Assembly: GCA_043816185.1 (NCBI GenBank)
Contig: JBDRIG010000009.1
Coordinates: 1-15,272, forward strand
Length of the DNA stretch: 15,272 bases
Reading direction: 5' to 3'
Source of the DNA: Elusimicrobiota bacterium
GTDB taxonomy: Bacteria; Elusimicrobiota; UBA8919
Shown one piece after another: positions 1 to 7,551 of the stretch (positions are counted from its first letter, which is position 1; every line of letters begins with the position of its first letter). The notes beneath the pieces were generated by a model, which made no database searches, had not been told where the DNA came from, and was given only the letters and a program-made list of their open reading frames with translations. The translations under genes were made by a program, and so were the position numbers.

Positions 1-57
1 TTTGTGATACCGTTGATAAATGGTTTTTAAGTAATTCATTTTGAATTCTAAATTCAT

Positions 58-133
58 AATCTAACCCCCTTTACATGGTTAGATTTTACATGATTTGACG
101 ATGACCCCTTGGGTTAGATTTTACATGATTTGA
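58..133. repeat. 22-bp direct repeat pair plus inverted copy (REP-like cluster)
   Basis: GGTTAGATTTTACATGATTTGA is exact at 77-98 and 112-133. AATCTAACC at 58-66 is the reverse complement of GGTTAGATT. CTAACCCC and TGACCCC motifs precede the units. Confidence 0.75.
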
Positions 134-142
134 TACGATTAG

Positions 143-171
143 TTGATTTTTTTACTAAAAAATGATATTAT
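143..171 (+). promoter_or_regulatory. Putative sigma70 promoter for tRNA-Lys/yajC operon
   Basis: TTGATT (143-148), 17-bp spacer, TATTAT (166-171), with extended -10 TG at 163-164. Confidence 0.5.
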
Positions 172-319
172 AGCACTGTTGTTCAAAAAAAACTTCATCA
201 GAGAAAAAGTCTCTGCCTAACAATTGTCAGATTTCAATTTATCGGAACTCGACGAAGTTTATCGACGAATTTTGGCAAGTAAGCAAACAACAATATTTGT
301 TTACACATATAAAAAATAA

Positions 320-392
320 GGGCCCGTAGCTCAGCTGGTAGAGCACTTGACTTTTAATCAAGTGGTCGTGCGTTCGAATCGCACCGGGCTCA
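320..392 (+). tRNA. tRNA-Lys(UUU)
   Basis: Cloverleaf: acceptor GGGCCCG/CGGGCTC, D-arm GCTC-AGCTGGTA-GAGC, anticodon stem CTTGA/TCAAG with loop CTTTTAA (anticodon TTT at 353-355), T-loop TTCGAAT. CCA is not encoded. Confidence 0.97.
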
Positions 393-464
393 TTTTTGCC
401 AAATACCAAACTCATTTTTTTACCAAATTTAAGAGTTTGCAATTTATTAAATGGAGGACAAATT

Positions 465-812
465 ATGAATGAACCGAATGTTGCACCACACGGAGCGGCA
501 ATGTTTTCGTCGCTTATGCCAATTTTTTTAATTTTTATTGTGTTTTATTTTTTGCTAATAAGACCACAATCAAAAAGACAAAAAGAACACAGGATTATGA
601 TTAATGGACTTAAAAAAGGCGACAGAGTAATAACTGCAAGTGGACTCTATGGAACTATTCATGAAATTCAAGATAATATTGTAAAATTGAAAATTTCCGA
701 CTTAGCCGACAATAAGATGGGGAGTGTGAACATTCAGATATTAAAATCGTCAATATCTGCCATAGTAAATGAAGCAAATTCTACGACATCCGTACAAATA
801 GAAAAAAAATAA
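465..812 (+). CDS. yajC: Preprotein translocase subunit YajC
   Basis: Single TM helix followed by FYFLLIRPQSKRQKEH and LKKGDRVITASGLYGTI. ATG 465 has GGAGG at 453-457 and is preferred over the ORF-track start at 396. Lies upstream of secD/secF. Confidence 0.95.
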   Translation: MNEPNVAPHGAAMFSSLMPIFLIFIVFYFLLIRPQSKRQKEHRIMINGLKKGDRVITASGLYGTIHEIQDNIVKLKISDLADNKMGSVNIQILKSSISAIVNEANSTTSVQIEKK

Positions 813-890
813 TACGAAGATTACGTCGATGAAAATTCGATAAAAATCATAGTGTCGTCAAAACCGAATTGAGTTTTTATTAGACATTAA

Positions 891-1550
891 ATGATCACAT
901 TAGAAATAATAAAATCGAATCCGAAAATAATTGCTTTTTTAGAAGCGGCGAATGAGTATTTGGGTGTTATTGGTTATACTGAGCATGGATTTCGTCATGC
1001 AGATATCGTTGCTAATCTTTCTAAAAACATTTTAACGCACCTTAACTACAAAAAACCGCTCCCAGAATTTGCTGCAATTGCTGGATATCTTCACGATATA
1101 GGCAATGTTATTAACCGTGTCAATCATGTTTCTGCAAGTGCTTTAATCGCGATGAATATCCTTAGTGAATTAGGGATGCCACCAGAAGATATTGGAATAA
1201 TCGTAAGTGCAATTGGAAATCACGAAGAGCCAGAAGGTATTCCAGTTAACGCTGTCAGTGCCGCACTTATTTTAGCCGATAAAGCAGATGTTCATAGAAG
1301 TCGGGTTAGAAATCCAAAGATGATAAATTTGGATATTCATGACCGTGTTAATTATGCTGCTGAACGTTCATTTCTAAGAGTAGACGCGGACAAAAAAATT
1401 ATTTCATTAGAATTAACCATAGATACAAATATTTCTCAGGTAATGGAATATTTTGAAATATTTCTTACACGAATGATTATATGTAAAAAAGCAGCGATAT
1501 TTTTAAAAACAAGTTTTGATTTATATATAAATAAAATAAAATTGTTGTAA
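891..1550 (+). CDS. HD-domain metal-dependent phosphohydrolase
   Basis: H...HD...D motifs: EHGFRH, LHDIGN, NHEE, LADKAD. 219 aa. Confidence 0.88.
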   Translation: MITLEIIKSNPKIIAFLEAANEYLGVIGYTEHGFRHADIVANLSKNILTHLNYKKPLPEFAAIAGYLHDIGNVINRVNHVSASALIAMNILSELGMPPEDIGIIVSAIGNHEEPEGIPVNAVSAALILADKADVHRSRVRNPKMINLDIHDRVNYAAERSFLRVDADKKIISLELTIDTNISQVMEYFEIFLTRMIICKKAAIFLKTSFDLYINKIKLL

Positions 1551-1552
1551 GT

Positions 1553-1664
1553 GTGAATAAAAACACCAAATAAAAAATACCCGAACGAAATATCGAATAA
1601 TTGAGTTGAATTTTAATCAAATATTTGGCTGTATTTAGACCTCAATATTCGATTTATATTCGAG
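1553..1664. repeat. Intergenic fold-back of degenerate ~12-bp TCGAATA units
   Basis: ATCGAATAATTGAG (1592-1605) pairs with CTCAATATTCGAT (1641-1653). GATTTATATTCGA (1651-1663) recurs exactly at 11358-11370. Confidence 0.55.
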
Positions 1665-1682
1665 TGTGAAACGGAGCGAACG

Positions 1683-3113
1683 ATGGATACTAAAAAATTC
1701 AAATGGATTATTTTTTTTGCAGTGTTGTTGAGTTCAATATATTTTTTATGGCCTACATTTTTGTGGTATCGAATGTCGCCAGATGAAAAATTGAAATCGC
1801 AAAAAACTAAAGACAAAATTGTTTCAAAAATTCTAAATCTTGGGTTAGATTTGCAAGGTGGAATTCATCTTGTTATGGAAATTGATGCCGATAAGCTCGA
1901 GAAGAGTACTAATATTCAAGATGCGTTAGATCGTGCTGTTGAGATTATAAGAAACAGGATTGACCAATTCGGCGTTTCTGAACCATTTATTGCTAAGCAA
2001 GGTGAAAAATGGATAGTCGTACAACTTCCTGGAATTAAAGATCCACAAGCAGCAATTGATTTAATAGGTAAGACGGCACTTATGGAATTTCGTCTTGTTG
2101 AGGATACTAATGCGATTGAAAAAGTTGCTGAAAAAGCACGCGAACTTGGGATTCAGTTGATAGATATTTATGACGAAAACCATTTAATAAAAAAAGAGTT
2201 CGTGGATTTAATTCCCAAGGGCTATGAAGTTCTCCCAGGAAAAGAAGAAGGTTATTTTCTTGTTACAACAACAGCACAAGTAACTGGTGCATATCTGACC
2301 GACGCAAAGATGAAAATCGGTGGCGAATATAACATGCCATATGTTGGAATTGATTTCAATAGGGACGGTGCAAAACTTTTTGCTGCTGTAACAGAGGCAA
2401 ACATAGAAAAACGCCTTGCGATCGTTCTTGATGGCGTTGTGCAATCAGCGCCCGTTATTCGCTCACGAATTCCCGATGGTCACGCAATTATCGAGGGAGG
2501 TTTTACTGCTGATGAAGCGTCTGGGCTTGCAATTGTTCTTCGTGCCGGTGCGCTTCCAGCTCCTGTAAAAATTATAGAAAATAGAACCATAGGACCTTCG
2601 CTTGGCCGTGATTCGGTTAATGCAGGGGTTATTGCTTGTGTCGTAGGGCTCATACTTGTCGTCGGATTTATGTTTTTTTATTATAAATTGTCAGGGCTAA
2701 TTACTAACTTAGCTCTTATATTAAACATATTAATTCTTTTTGGCTTAATGTCATTTTTTCATGCAACGCTTACACTACCTGGCATAGCTGGAATAATTTT
2801 GACAATCGGTATGGCGGTCGACGCAAACGTTCTTATTTTTGAAAGAATACGAGAGGAATTGAAAAACGGAAAAACAGTGAGAGTGGCGGTTGATCTTGGT
2901 TATGAAAAAGCATTTTCTGCAATTATTGACTCAAACCTAACAACATTGATCGCTGCCGCATTTTTATTTCAATTTGGAACTGGCCCTGTAAAAGGTTTTG
3001 CAATAACACTTACCTTGGGAATCATAACATCAATGTACACGGCAATAGTTGTTACACATCAAATATATGATTCGTATCTCGCAGGAAGAAAAATAGAGAG
3101 ATTGTCGATATAA
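1683..3113 (+). CDS. secD: Protein translocase subunit SecD
   Basis: LGLDLQGG, IIRNRIDQFGVSEP, LRAGALPAP, IGPSLG, LTLPGIAGIILTIGMAVDANVLIFERIREE, GTGPVKGFA. Confidence 0.98.
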   Translation: MDTKKFKWIIFFAVLLSSIYFLWPTFLWYRMSPDEKLKSQKTKDKIVSKILNLGLDLQGGIHLVMEIDADKLEKSTNIQDALDRAVEIIRNRIDQFGVSEPFIAKQGEKWIVVQLPGIKDPQAAIDLIGKTALMEFRLVEDTNAIEKVAEKARELGIQLIDIYDENHLIKKEFVDLIPKGYEVLPGKEEGYFLVTTTAQVTGAYLTDAKMKIGGEYNMPYVGIDFNRDGAKLFAAVTEANIEKRLAIVLDGVVQSAPVIRSRIPDGHAIIEGGFTADEASGLAIVLRAGALPAPVKIIENRTIGPSLGRDSVNAGVIACVVGLILVVGFMFFYYKLSGLITNLALILNILILFGLMSFFHATLTLPGIAGIILTIGMAVDANVLIFERIREELKNGKTVRVAVDLGYEKAFSAIIDSNLTTLIAAAFLFQFGTGPVKGFAITLTLGIITSMYTAIVVTHQIYDSYLAGRKIERLSI

Positions 3114-3119
3114 GGGAGG

Positions 3120-3235
3120 CGATTAAAAAATTAAGAAAAATTATAAGGGTTATGAAAAATTACAAAAATTAAGTATTTCTTAGTTTTACTCAATCTTTCA
3201 TAAACTTTTAATTATCTTTTCAAATTTTTTAATCG
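3120..3235. repeat. 116-bp imperfect inverted repeat (hairpin) between secD and secF
   Basis: Perfect 13-bp outer arms CGATTAAAAAATT (3120-3132) / AATTTTTTAATCG (3223-3235). Inner TTATGAAA/TTTCATAA. Arms stay alignable up to a ~5-nt loop at 3174-3178. Confidence 0.85.
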
Positions 3236-3243
3236 ATTTTGGT

Positions 3244-4146
3244 ATGATGCAGTTTTTCAAAAAAACAAATTTTGATTTTGTTGGAAAGAGGAATATTTTT
3301 TTTGTAATTTCAGGGTCTTTGATTTTAATTTCAATCTTATCTATTTTTTTTCACAAAGGATTGAACTTTGGGATTGATTTTACTGGCGGAACATTAGTGC
3401 AGTTGAAATTCAGTCAGCATGTACAGCTTTCCGATATTCGTTCCACTCTTTCTAAAAATGGAATCAACTGTGAACTTCAGGATTTTCCCCAGCAGAACTC
3501 CATTATTATAAGAGTAAAAAAAGGAGCCGACGAGAGTATTGCAAAAAAAATTCAAGATATATTTAAATTAGATATTTCAAATAATTCATTTGAACTTGAA
3601 AGAACTGAATATGTTGGTCCTACTATCGGCAAGCATTTAGTTAATCAGGCGTTTTTTGCACTTTTTTGGTCTTTTGTTGGGATTATTGTTTATGTTGCGT
3701 TCAGATTTAAATCTGGTATTTGGGGCTTTGCTGGGGTTATTGCAATTATGCACGATGTATTTATTACCGTCGGACTTTTTTCTATATTAAATAGAGAGGT
3801 TTCAATTACCATAATAGCAGCACTTCTTACACTTGCAGGCTATTCGATAAACGATACTATTGTTATATTTGACAGAATGCGCGAAAATATACGAATTTAC
3901 AGAAAAGAGTCGCTATATGAACTAATAAATCGCTCCGTCAACGAAACACTTTCCCGTTCTATTATTACATCGCTTACAGTATTTCTGGTTCTTTTATCAC
4001 TTTTCTTTTTGGGTGGTGAAGTGATACATGGTTTTTCACTTGTCCTTCTCCTCGGAGTCGTCATTGGTTCCTATTCTACGATTTTTGTCGCCGCCCCCAT
4101 CGTTTACGAGTGGGAAATGAGAAAAACTGCGACCCGCCGAATTTAA
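3244..4146 (+). CDS. secF: Protein translocase subunit SecF
   Basis: GLNFGIDFTGG, VGPTIG, YVAFRF, HDVFIT, GYSINDTIVIFDRMREN, TLSRSIITS, GSYSTIFVA. Confidence 0.98.
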   Translation: MMQFFKKTNFDFVGKRNIFFVISGSLILISILSIFFHKGLNFGIDFTGGTLVQLKFSQHVQLSDIRSTLSKNGINCELQDFPQQNSIIIRVKKGADESIAKKIQDIFKLDISNNSFELERTEYVGPTIGKHLVNQAFFALFWSFVGIIVYVAFRFKSGIWGFAGVIAIMHDVFITVGLFSILNREVSITIIAALLTLAGYSINDTIVIFDRMRENIRIYRKESLYELINRSVNETLSRSIITSLTVFLVLLSLFFLGGEVIHGFSLVLLLGVVIGSYSTIFVAAPIVYEWEMRKTATRRI

Positions 4147-4317
4147 TACTACATCAATTAGTACTGATTTTGCTTGCGGATATTCATGTTTTTATCCGCG
4201 TAATCCGTGTTTTACGTTTTATGTGGGATAAAAAAACTCCTCAAAAATTGATTAAAGAAAAAATCTTCGATTATAAATTTATTGTTGTTTGTAGCTGGCA
4301 GTCTTATTTTTTAATGA

Positions 4318-4349
4318 AGATACCCATGCGAGGGTATTTGTTTGTCTTT
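4318..4349 (+). terminator. Possible intrinsic terminator after secF
   Basis: AGATACCC-ATGCGA-GGGTATTT stem-loop followed by an interrupted T-rich tract (GTTTGTCTTT). Confidence 0.3.
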
Positions 4350-4611
4350 CACACTGTGTCACAATAGCAACCAACTGTTCTTTGAAAAGTTAATAAGACA
4401 AAATTTATAAAATTTGGGACAAAATCCAGAAATTATCTTGTGGATAACTTTTGGATTGCTATAAAACGCAATTTTTTGGTATAACTGAGTATAGAACAGG
4501 GCATCCTTGTAGTTACATACTCCCAAGTTTCTCAATCAACCTTGCAACACCAAATATTGTGATCATTCTGGCTATGTTAAAGCAACTTGAAAATACCGAC
4601 ATCTCCGCTTT
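4350..4611 (-). mobile_element. Right-end remnant of an IS1182-like insertion sequence
   Basis: Terminal IR CACACTGTGTCACAAT (4350-4365) is 15/16 identical to the element TIR. It lies downstream of a transposase-like C-terminal fragment on the minus strand. Confidence 0.6.
4513..4611 (-). pseudogene. C-terminal fragment of IS1182-family-like DDE transposase
   Basis: Minus-strand reading KAEMSVFSSCFNIARMITIFGVARLIEKLGSM* resembles from memory the V-x-x-E-x-x-L-x-x-x-x-[FY]N-L-x-R tail of IS1182 transposases. It is truncated exactly at the TIR starting at 4612. Confidence 0.6.
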
Positions 4612-4752
4612 GAGACTGTGTCATAATTCTACTTTTGGCTATTGCGAGGCTTCCGAAGGAAGCCGCGGCAATCTCTTTCCGACGAGAAATGTTTTAAAGA
4701 TTGTTTCGCTTCGCCCGTAATGACACACATTTTACTATTGTGACACAGTCTG
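4612..4752 (-). mobile_element. 141-bp MITE with 16-bp TIRs carrying an internal palindromic repeat
   Basis: TIRs GAGACTGTGTCATAAT (4612-4627) and ATTGTGACACAGTCTG (4737-4752) match at 14/16. Internal palindrome at 4641-4724. The reverse complement matches 15026-15139 with 4 substitutions and one 2-nt indel. Confidence 0.8.
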
Positions 4753-4853
4753 AATGACAACCAAATGTAAAGTAGGCACACAAACCGTGTCTACAAAAGG
4801 CAAAAAGTAGAAAAGCAAGATACGATTCACGATTTATGCGTAAATAATAAAAT

Positions 4854-4944
4854 GGAGGGGTCGCATAGTGGCCTAGTGCGGCGGTTTGCTAAACCGCTGT
4901 ACATCTTAATAGGTGTACCGAGAGTTCAAATCTCTCCCCCTCCG
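4854..4944 (+). tRNA. tRNA-Ser(GCU)
   Basis: Acceptor GGAGGGG/CCCCTCC, discriminator G, anticodon stem GCGGT/ACCGC with loop TTGCTAA (GCT), long variable arm GTACATC...GGTGTAC, T-arm GAGAG-TTCAAAT-CTCTC. CCA is not encoded. Confidence 0.96.
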
Positions 4945-4985
4945 ATGTTATTAGATTGTTTTTTGGCACATTAAACTATTTTTCT

Positions 4986-5034
4986 TCCGACGAGGTTAAA
5001 CTAAAGAAGTTAAATCCAACGAGGTTAAATTAAA
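4986..5034. repeat. 20-bp imperfect direct repeat (period 29) overlapping the radical SAM stop codon
   Basis: TCCGACGAGGTTAAACTAAA (4986-5005) vs TCCAACGAGGTTAAATTAAA (5015-5034), 18/20 identical. Confidence 0.6.
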
Positions 5035-6005
5035 ACCCACCAGCCATTTCGTAAAGCAATTTTTTTCTTCCTTTCTAAAACCCAAAGTTCTTTTTGAATA
5101 ACTTCATATTTCTTCGCAGATTGTTGCGAAGATAGATGTGAATGGTGTGTCTCTTTGCTAATTTTTTTCAAATCAATAAGTCGCATCGGCCTTCTTTTTA
5201 ATATCTCCAAAATCTTTTGTTGAATGTCTGTTCCAATTTGTCCCATCTCATTTTTTTGACCATTTTCACCATTTTCATTAGAAATAATTTCACAGTTTTT
5301 TCCGAATAGTTTTTTGATTTTTAATAATTTTTTATATTCGAGTAACTTTGCATAATTTTCTGCAGGTGGTCTTACGACGGTATTGAGGTGAATCTTATCA
5401 GGTTTTATTTGCTCAATTGCTTTTTTTAATTCTTCAATATCCTCGTTGGAGTCATTAATATTTTTTACAAACATAACCTCTAACCAAATTTTTCCCTTGT
5501 AAATTTTTCTAAACTCCACAAGCCCATCAATTATTTTTTTTATATCAAGCGATTTATGGGGTCTATTTATTTTGTGAAAATTTAGGATAGCATCTAATGA
5601 AGGTGCAACAACATCCGCTTTCAGAAGATCGTTTCGAACACTTTTCATAAAAAGCAGTGTTCCGTTTGTGATGACAACCACCGGTATTTTCTTGCCTGTC
5701 GTCGAGCACAGCGCAATTTTTTTTATTTCAGAAATCATTTTACCAATGTTTGAATTAAGTGTTGGCTCTCCGCTTCCCGAAAAAGTAATGCAGTCAATTT
5801 TGGTTTTTGATTTAAGATATTTTTTTAATTCATTCAAAATAGGACTTACGGCAACATATTTTTTCCTTCGAAGTATAAGATTCGTTGTTCTACCTATCTG
5901 ACAATAAATGCAATCAAGCGTGCAATATTTTGGTGGAACTATATCAATTCCGAGTGAGGCCCCAAATCTTCTCGATGGTACTGGTCCAAAAATGTATTTT
6001 TGCAT
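5025..6005 (-). CDS. Radical SAM protein (COG0731-like Fe-S oxidoreductase)
   Basis: N-terminal YIFGPVPSRRFGASLGID, CxxxCxxC motif CTLDCIYC, ITFSGSGEPTL, ITNGTL, PSLDA, LNTVVRPP. Confidence 0.9.
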   Translation of the reverse strand: MQKYIFGPVPSRRFGASLGIDIVPPKYCTLDCIYCQIGRTTNLILRRKKYVAVSPILNELKKYLKSKTKIDCITFSGSGEPTLNSNIGKMISEIKKIALCSTTGKKIPVVVITNGTLLFMKSVRNDLLKADVVAPSLDAILNFHKINRPHKSLDIKKIIDGLVEFRKIYKGKIWLEVMFVKNINDSNEDIEELKKAIEQIKPDKIHLNTVVRPPAENYAKLLEYKKLLKIKKLFGKNCEIISNENGENGQKNEMGQIGTDIQQKILEILKRRPMRLIDLKKISKETHHSHLSSQQSAKKYEVIQKELWVLERKKKIALRNGWWVLI

Positions 6006-6096
6006 AGAAATTTGAAAAATCTAATAGTGACTCGTATCTGGCAACTCGTAACTAACAGTCAATAACTTGTAATTTATGTTTATTTTACGTACCGTA

Positions 6097-6124
6097 ATTA
6101 TACCAAAACCTTGACATTTGTCAA
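6097..6124 (-). promoter_or_regulatory. Putative sigma70 promoter for radical SAM gene
   Basis: Minus strand: TTGACA (6124-6119), 16-bp spacer, TATAAT (6102-6097), with extended TGn. Confidence 0.6.
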
Positions 6125-6139
6125 CAAAATTTATACACT
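6111..6139 (+). promoter_or_regulatory. Putative sigma70 promoter for HPS-RraA/mtaB operon
   Basis: TTGACA (6111-6116), 17-bp spacer, TACACT (6134-6139). Confidence 0.65.
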
Positions 6140-6249
6140 AAAATCGGAACCTAAAACAATAAAAAAAAGTGGGTTTTTTTGCAAGATTATACAGATAATC
6201 AAAAGACCGTTTTTAGTCGAATATATAGGTGTTGTATCGGGAAAATAAA

Positions 6250-7542
6250 ATGAAAACTATTTTACAAGTGGCACTTGATTTTGTTGATTTGAAAAGGGCG
6301 ATAAAACTTGCCGATGAAGCAGTTGCAGGTGGAGCGGATTGGCTCGAAGCAGGGACTCCACTAATAAAAAGTGAAGGGCTTAATTGCATTCGAGAATTGA
6401 GAGCAAAATTTCCAAATATAAAAATTGTTGCTGATATGAAAACCGCTGATGTCGGTCGCATTGAAGTCGAAATTGCCGCAAAAGCCGGCGCAAATATTAT
6501 TTCTATTTTGGGAACATCCGACGATGAAACGATAAAAGAATCTGTTTCAGCTGGTAGAAATTATGGGGCTGAAATAATAGTTGATTTATTGGGCGTTTAT
6601 GATGTAGTAAAGCGTGCAAAAGAAGTTGAAAAATTGGGTGTCAATTATATTGGTATTCATGTTTCAATTGATGAACAGATGAAGGGGAAAATCGGATTTG
6701 ATATTGTAAAAAAAGTTGCATCTGTAGTTAAAATTCCTGTTGCAGTTGCTGGAGGAATTAATTCCGAGAACGCCGTTGATGTTATAAAATCTGGGGCGAA
6801 AATTATTATTATTGGTGGTGCAATCACAAAATCAAAAAACGCAAAAGAAGAAACGCAGAAAATAAAAAAAGCAATTACTCAGAAGATAAAAATTAAAACA
6901 GAATTTTTCAACAGAGTATCTGAAAAAAACATAAGAGATATTCTTAAAAAAGTTTCAACCGCGAACATTTCCGATGCACTTCACAGAGAACTTCCGTTAA
7001 AAAATGTCTTTCCAGCATTTTTGCAAAAAGACTCTAAAATGATAGGTACAGCAGTAACGGTTAGGACACATCCAGGTGACTGGGCAAAACCTGTGGAAGC
7101 AATTGACGTTGCAAAAGAAGGTGATGTGATTGTTATTGATGCTGGTGGGGTGCCTCCTGCTGTATGGGGGGAACTTGCGACAAATTCTGCGATTAACAAA
7201 AAAATTGCTGGTGTTGTAATATATGGTGGAATAAGAGATATTGCAGATATTAGAAAATTAAAATTTCCAGCATTCGCGACGGTAATTACGCCTCAGGCTG
7301 GTGAGCCAAAAGGTTTTGGTGAAATAAATATTCCGATTATAATTTCTGGCGTGAAGATTCAACCAGGCGATTGGATTGTTGGTGATGATGATGGAGTTAT
7401 GATTATTCCGAAAGATATTGCTGTTGAGTTCACAAACCGTGCGATGGATGTCTTGGAGAGAGAAAATCGTCTACGTAAAGAAATAAAAGATGGTTTCAGT
7501 TTATCAAAAGTTGCTGAACTTCTTAAATGGGAAAAAAAGTAA
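6250..7542 (+). CDS. hxlA: Bifunctional 3-hexulose-6-phosphate synthase / RraA-like (HMG aldolase family) fusion protein
   Basis: N-terminal OMPDC-superfamily HPS domain (LQVALD, EAGTPLIK, ADMKTAD, AVAGGIN). C-terminal RraA-like domain (STANISDAL, AVWGEL, GGIRD, GDWIVGDDDGV). ATG 6250 chosen over GTG/TTG near 6229. Confidence 0.88.
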   Translation: MKTILQVALDFVDLKRAIKLADEAVAGGADWLEAGTPLIKSEGLNCIRELRAKFPNIKIVADMKTADVGRIEVEIAAKAGANIISILGTSDDETIKESVSAGRNYGAEIIVDLLGVYDVVKRAKEVEKLGVNYIGIHVSIDEQMKGKIGFDIVKKVASVVKIPVAVAGGINSENAVDVIKSGAKIIIIGGAITKSKNAKEETQKIKKAITQKIKIKTEFFNRVSEKNIRDILKKVSTANISDALHRELPLKNVFPAFLQKDSKMIGTAVTVRTHPGDWAKPVEAIDVAKEGDVIVIDAGGVPPAVWGELATNSAINKKIAGVVIYGGIRDIADIRKLKFPAFATVITPQAGEPKGFGEINIPIIISGVKIQPGDWIVGDDDGVMIIPKDIAVEFTNRAMDVLERENRLRKEIKDGFSLSKVAELLKWEKK

Positions 7543-7551
7543 AGCAAAATA

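Noticed and set aside
77..133. Possible CRISPR array
   Set aside because: Only two 22-bp units with a 13-bp spacer, and no cas genes.
239..442. 67-aa minus-strand ORF
   Set aside because: Antisense translation of tRNA-Lys.
4439..4447. Perfect DnaA box TGTGGATAA
   Set aside because: A single box inside an IS remnant, with no cluster or dnaA context for oriC.
4451..4720. 89-aa ORF (and 4110-4367)
   Set aside because: Runs antisense across the transposase remnant and through MITE palindromes. No recognisable motif or SD.
320..4944. tRNA-anchored genomic island or prophage
   Set aside because: No integrase and no duplicated tRNA 3' end (att) in the window; the intervening genes are core sec genes.
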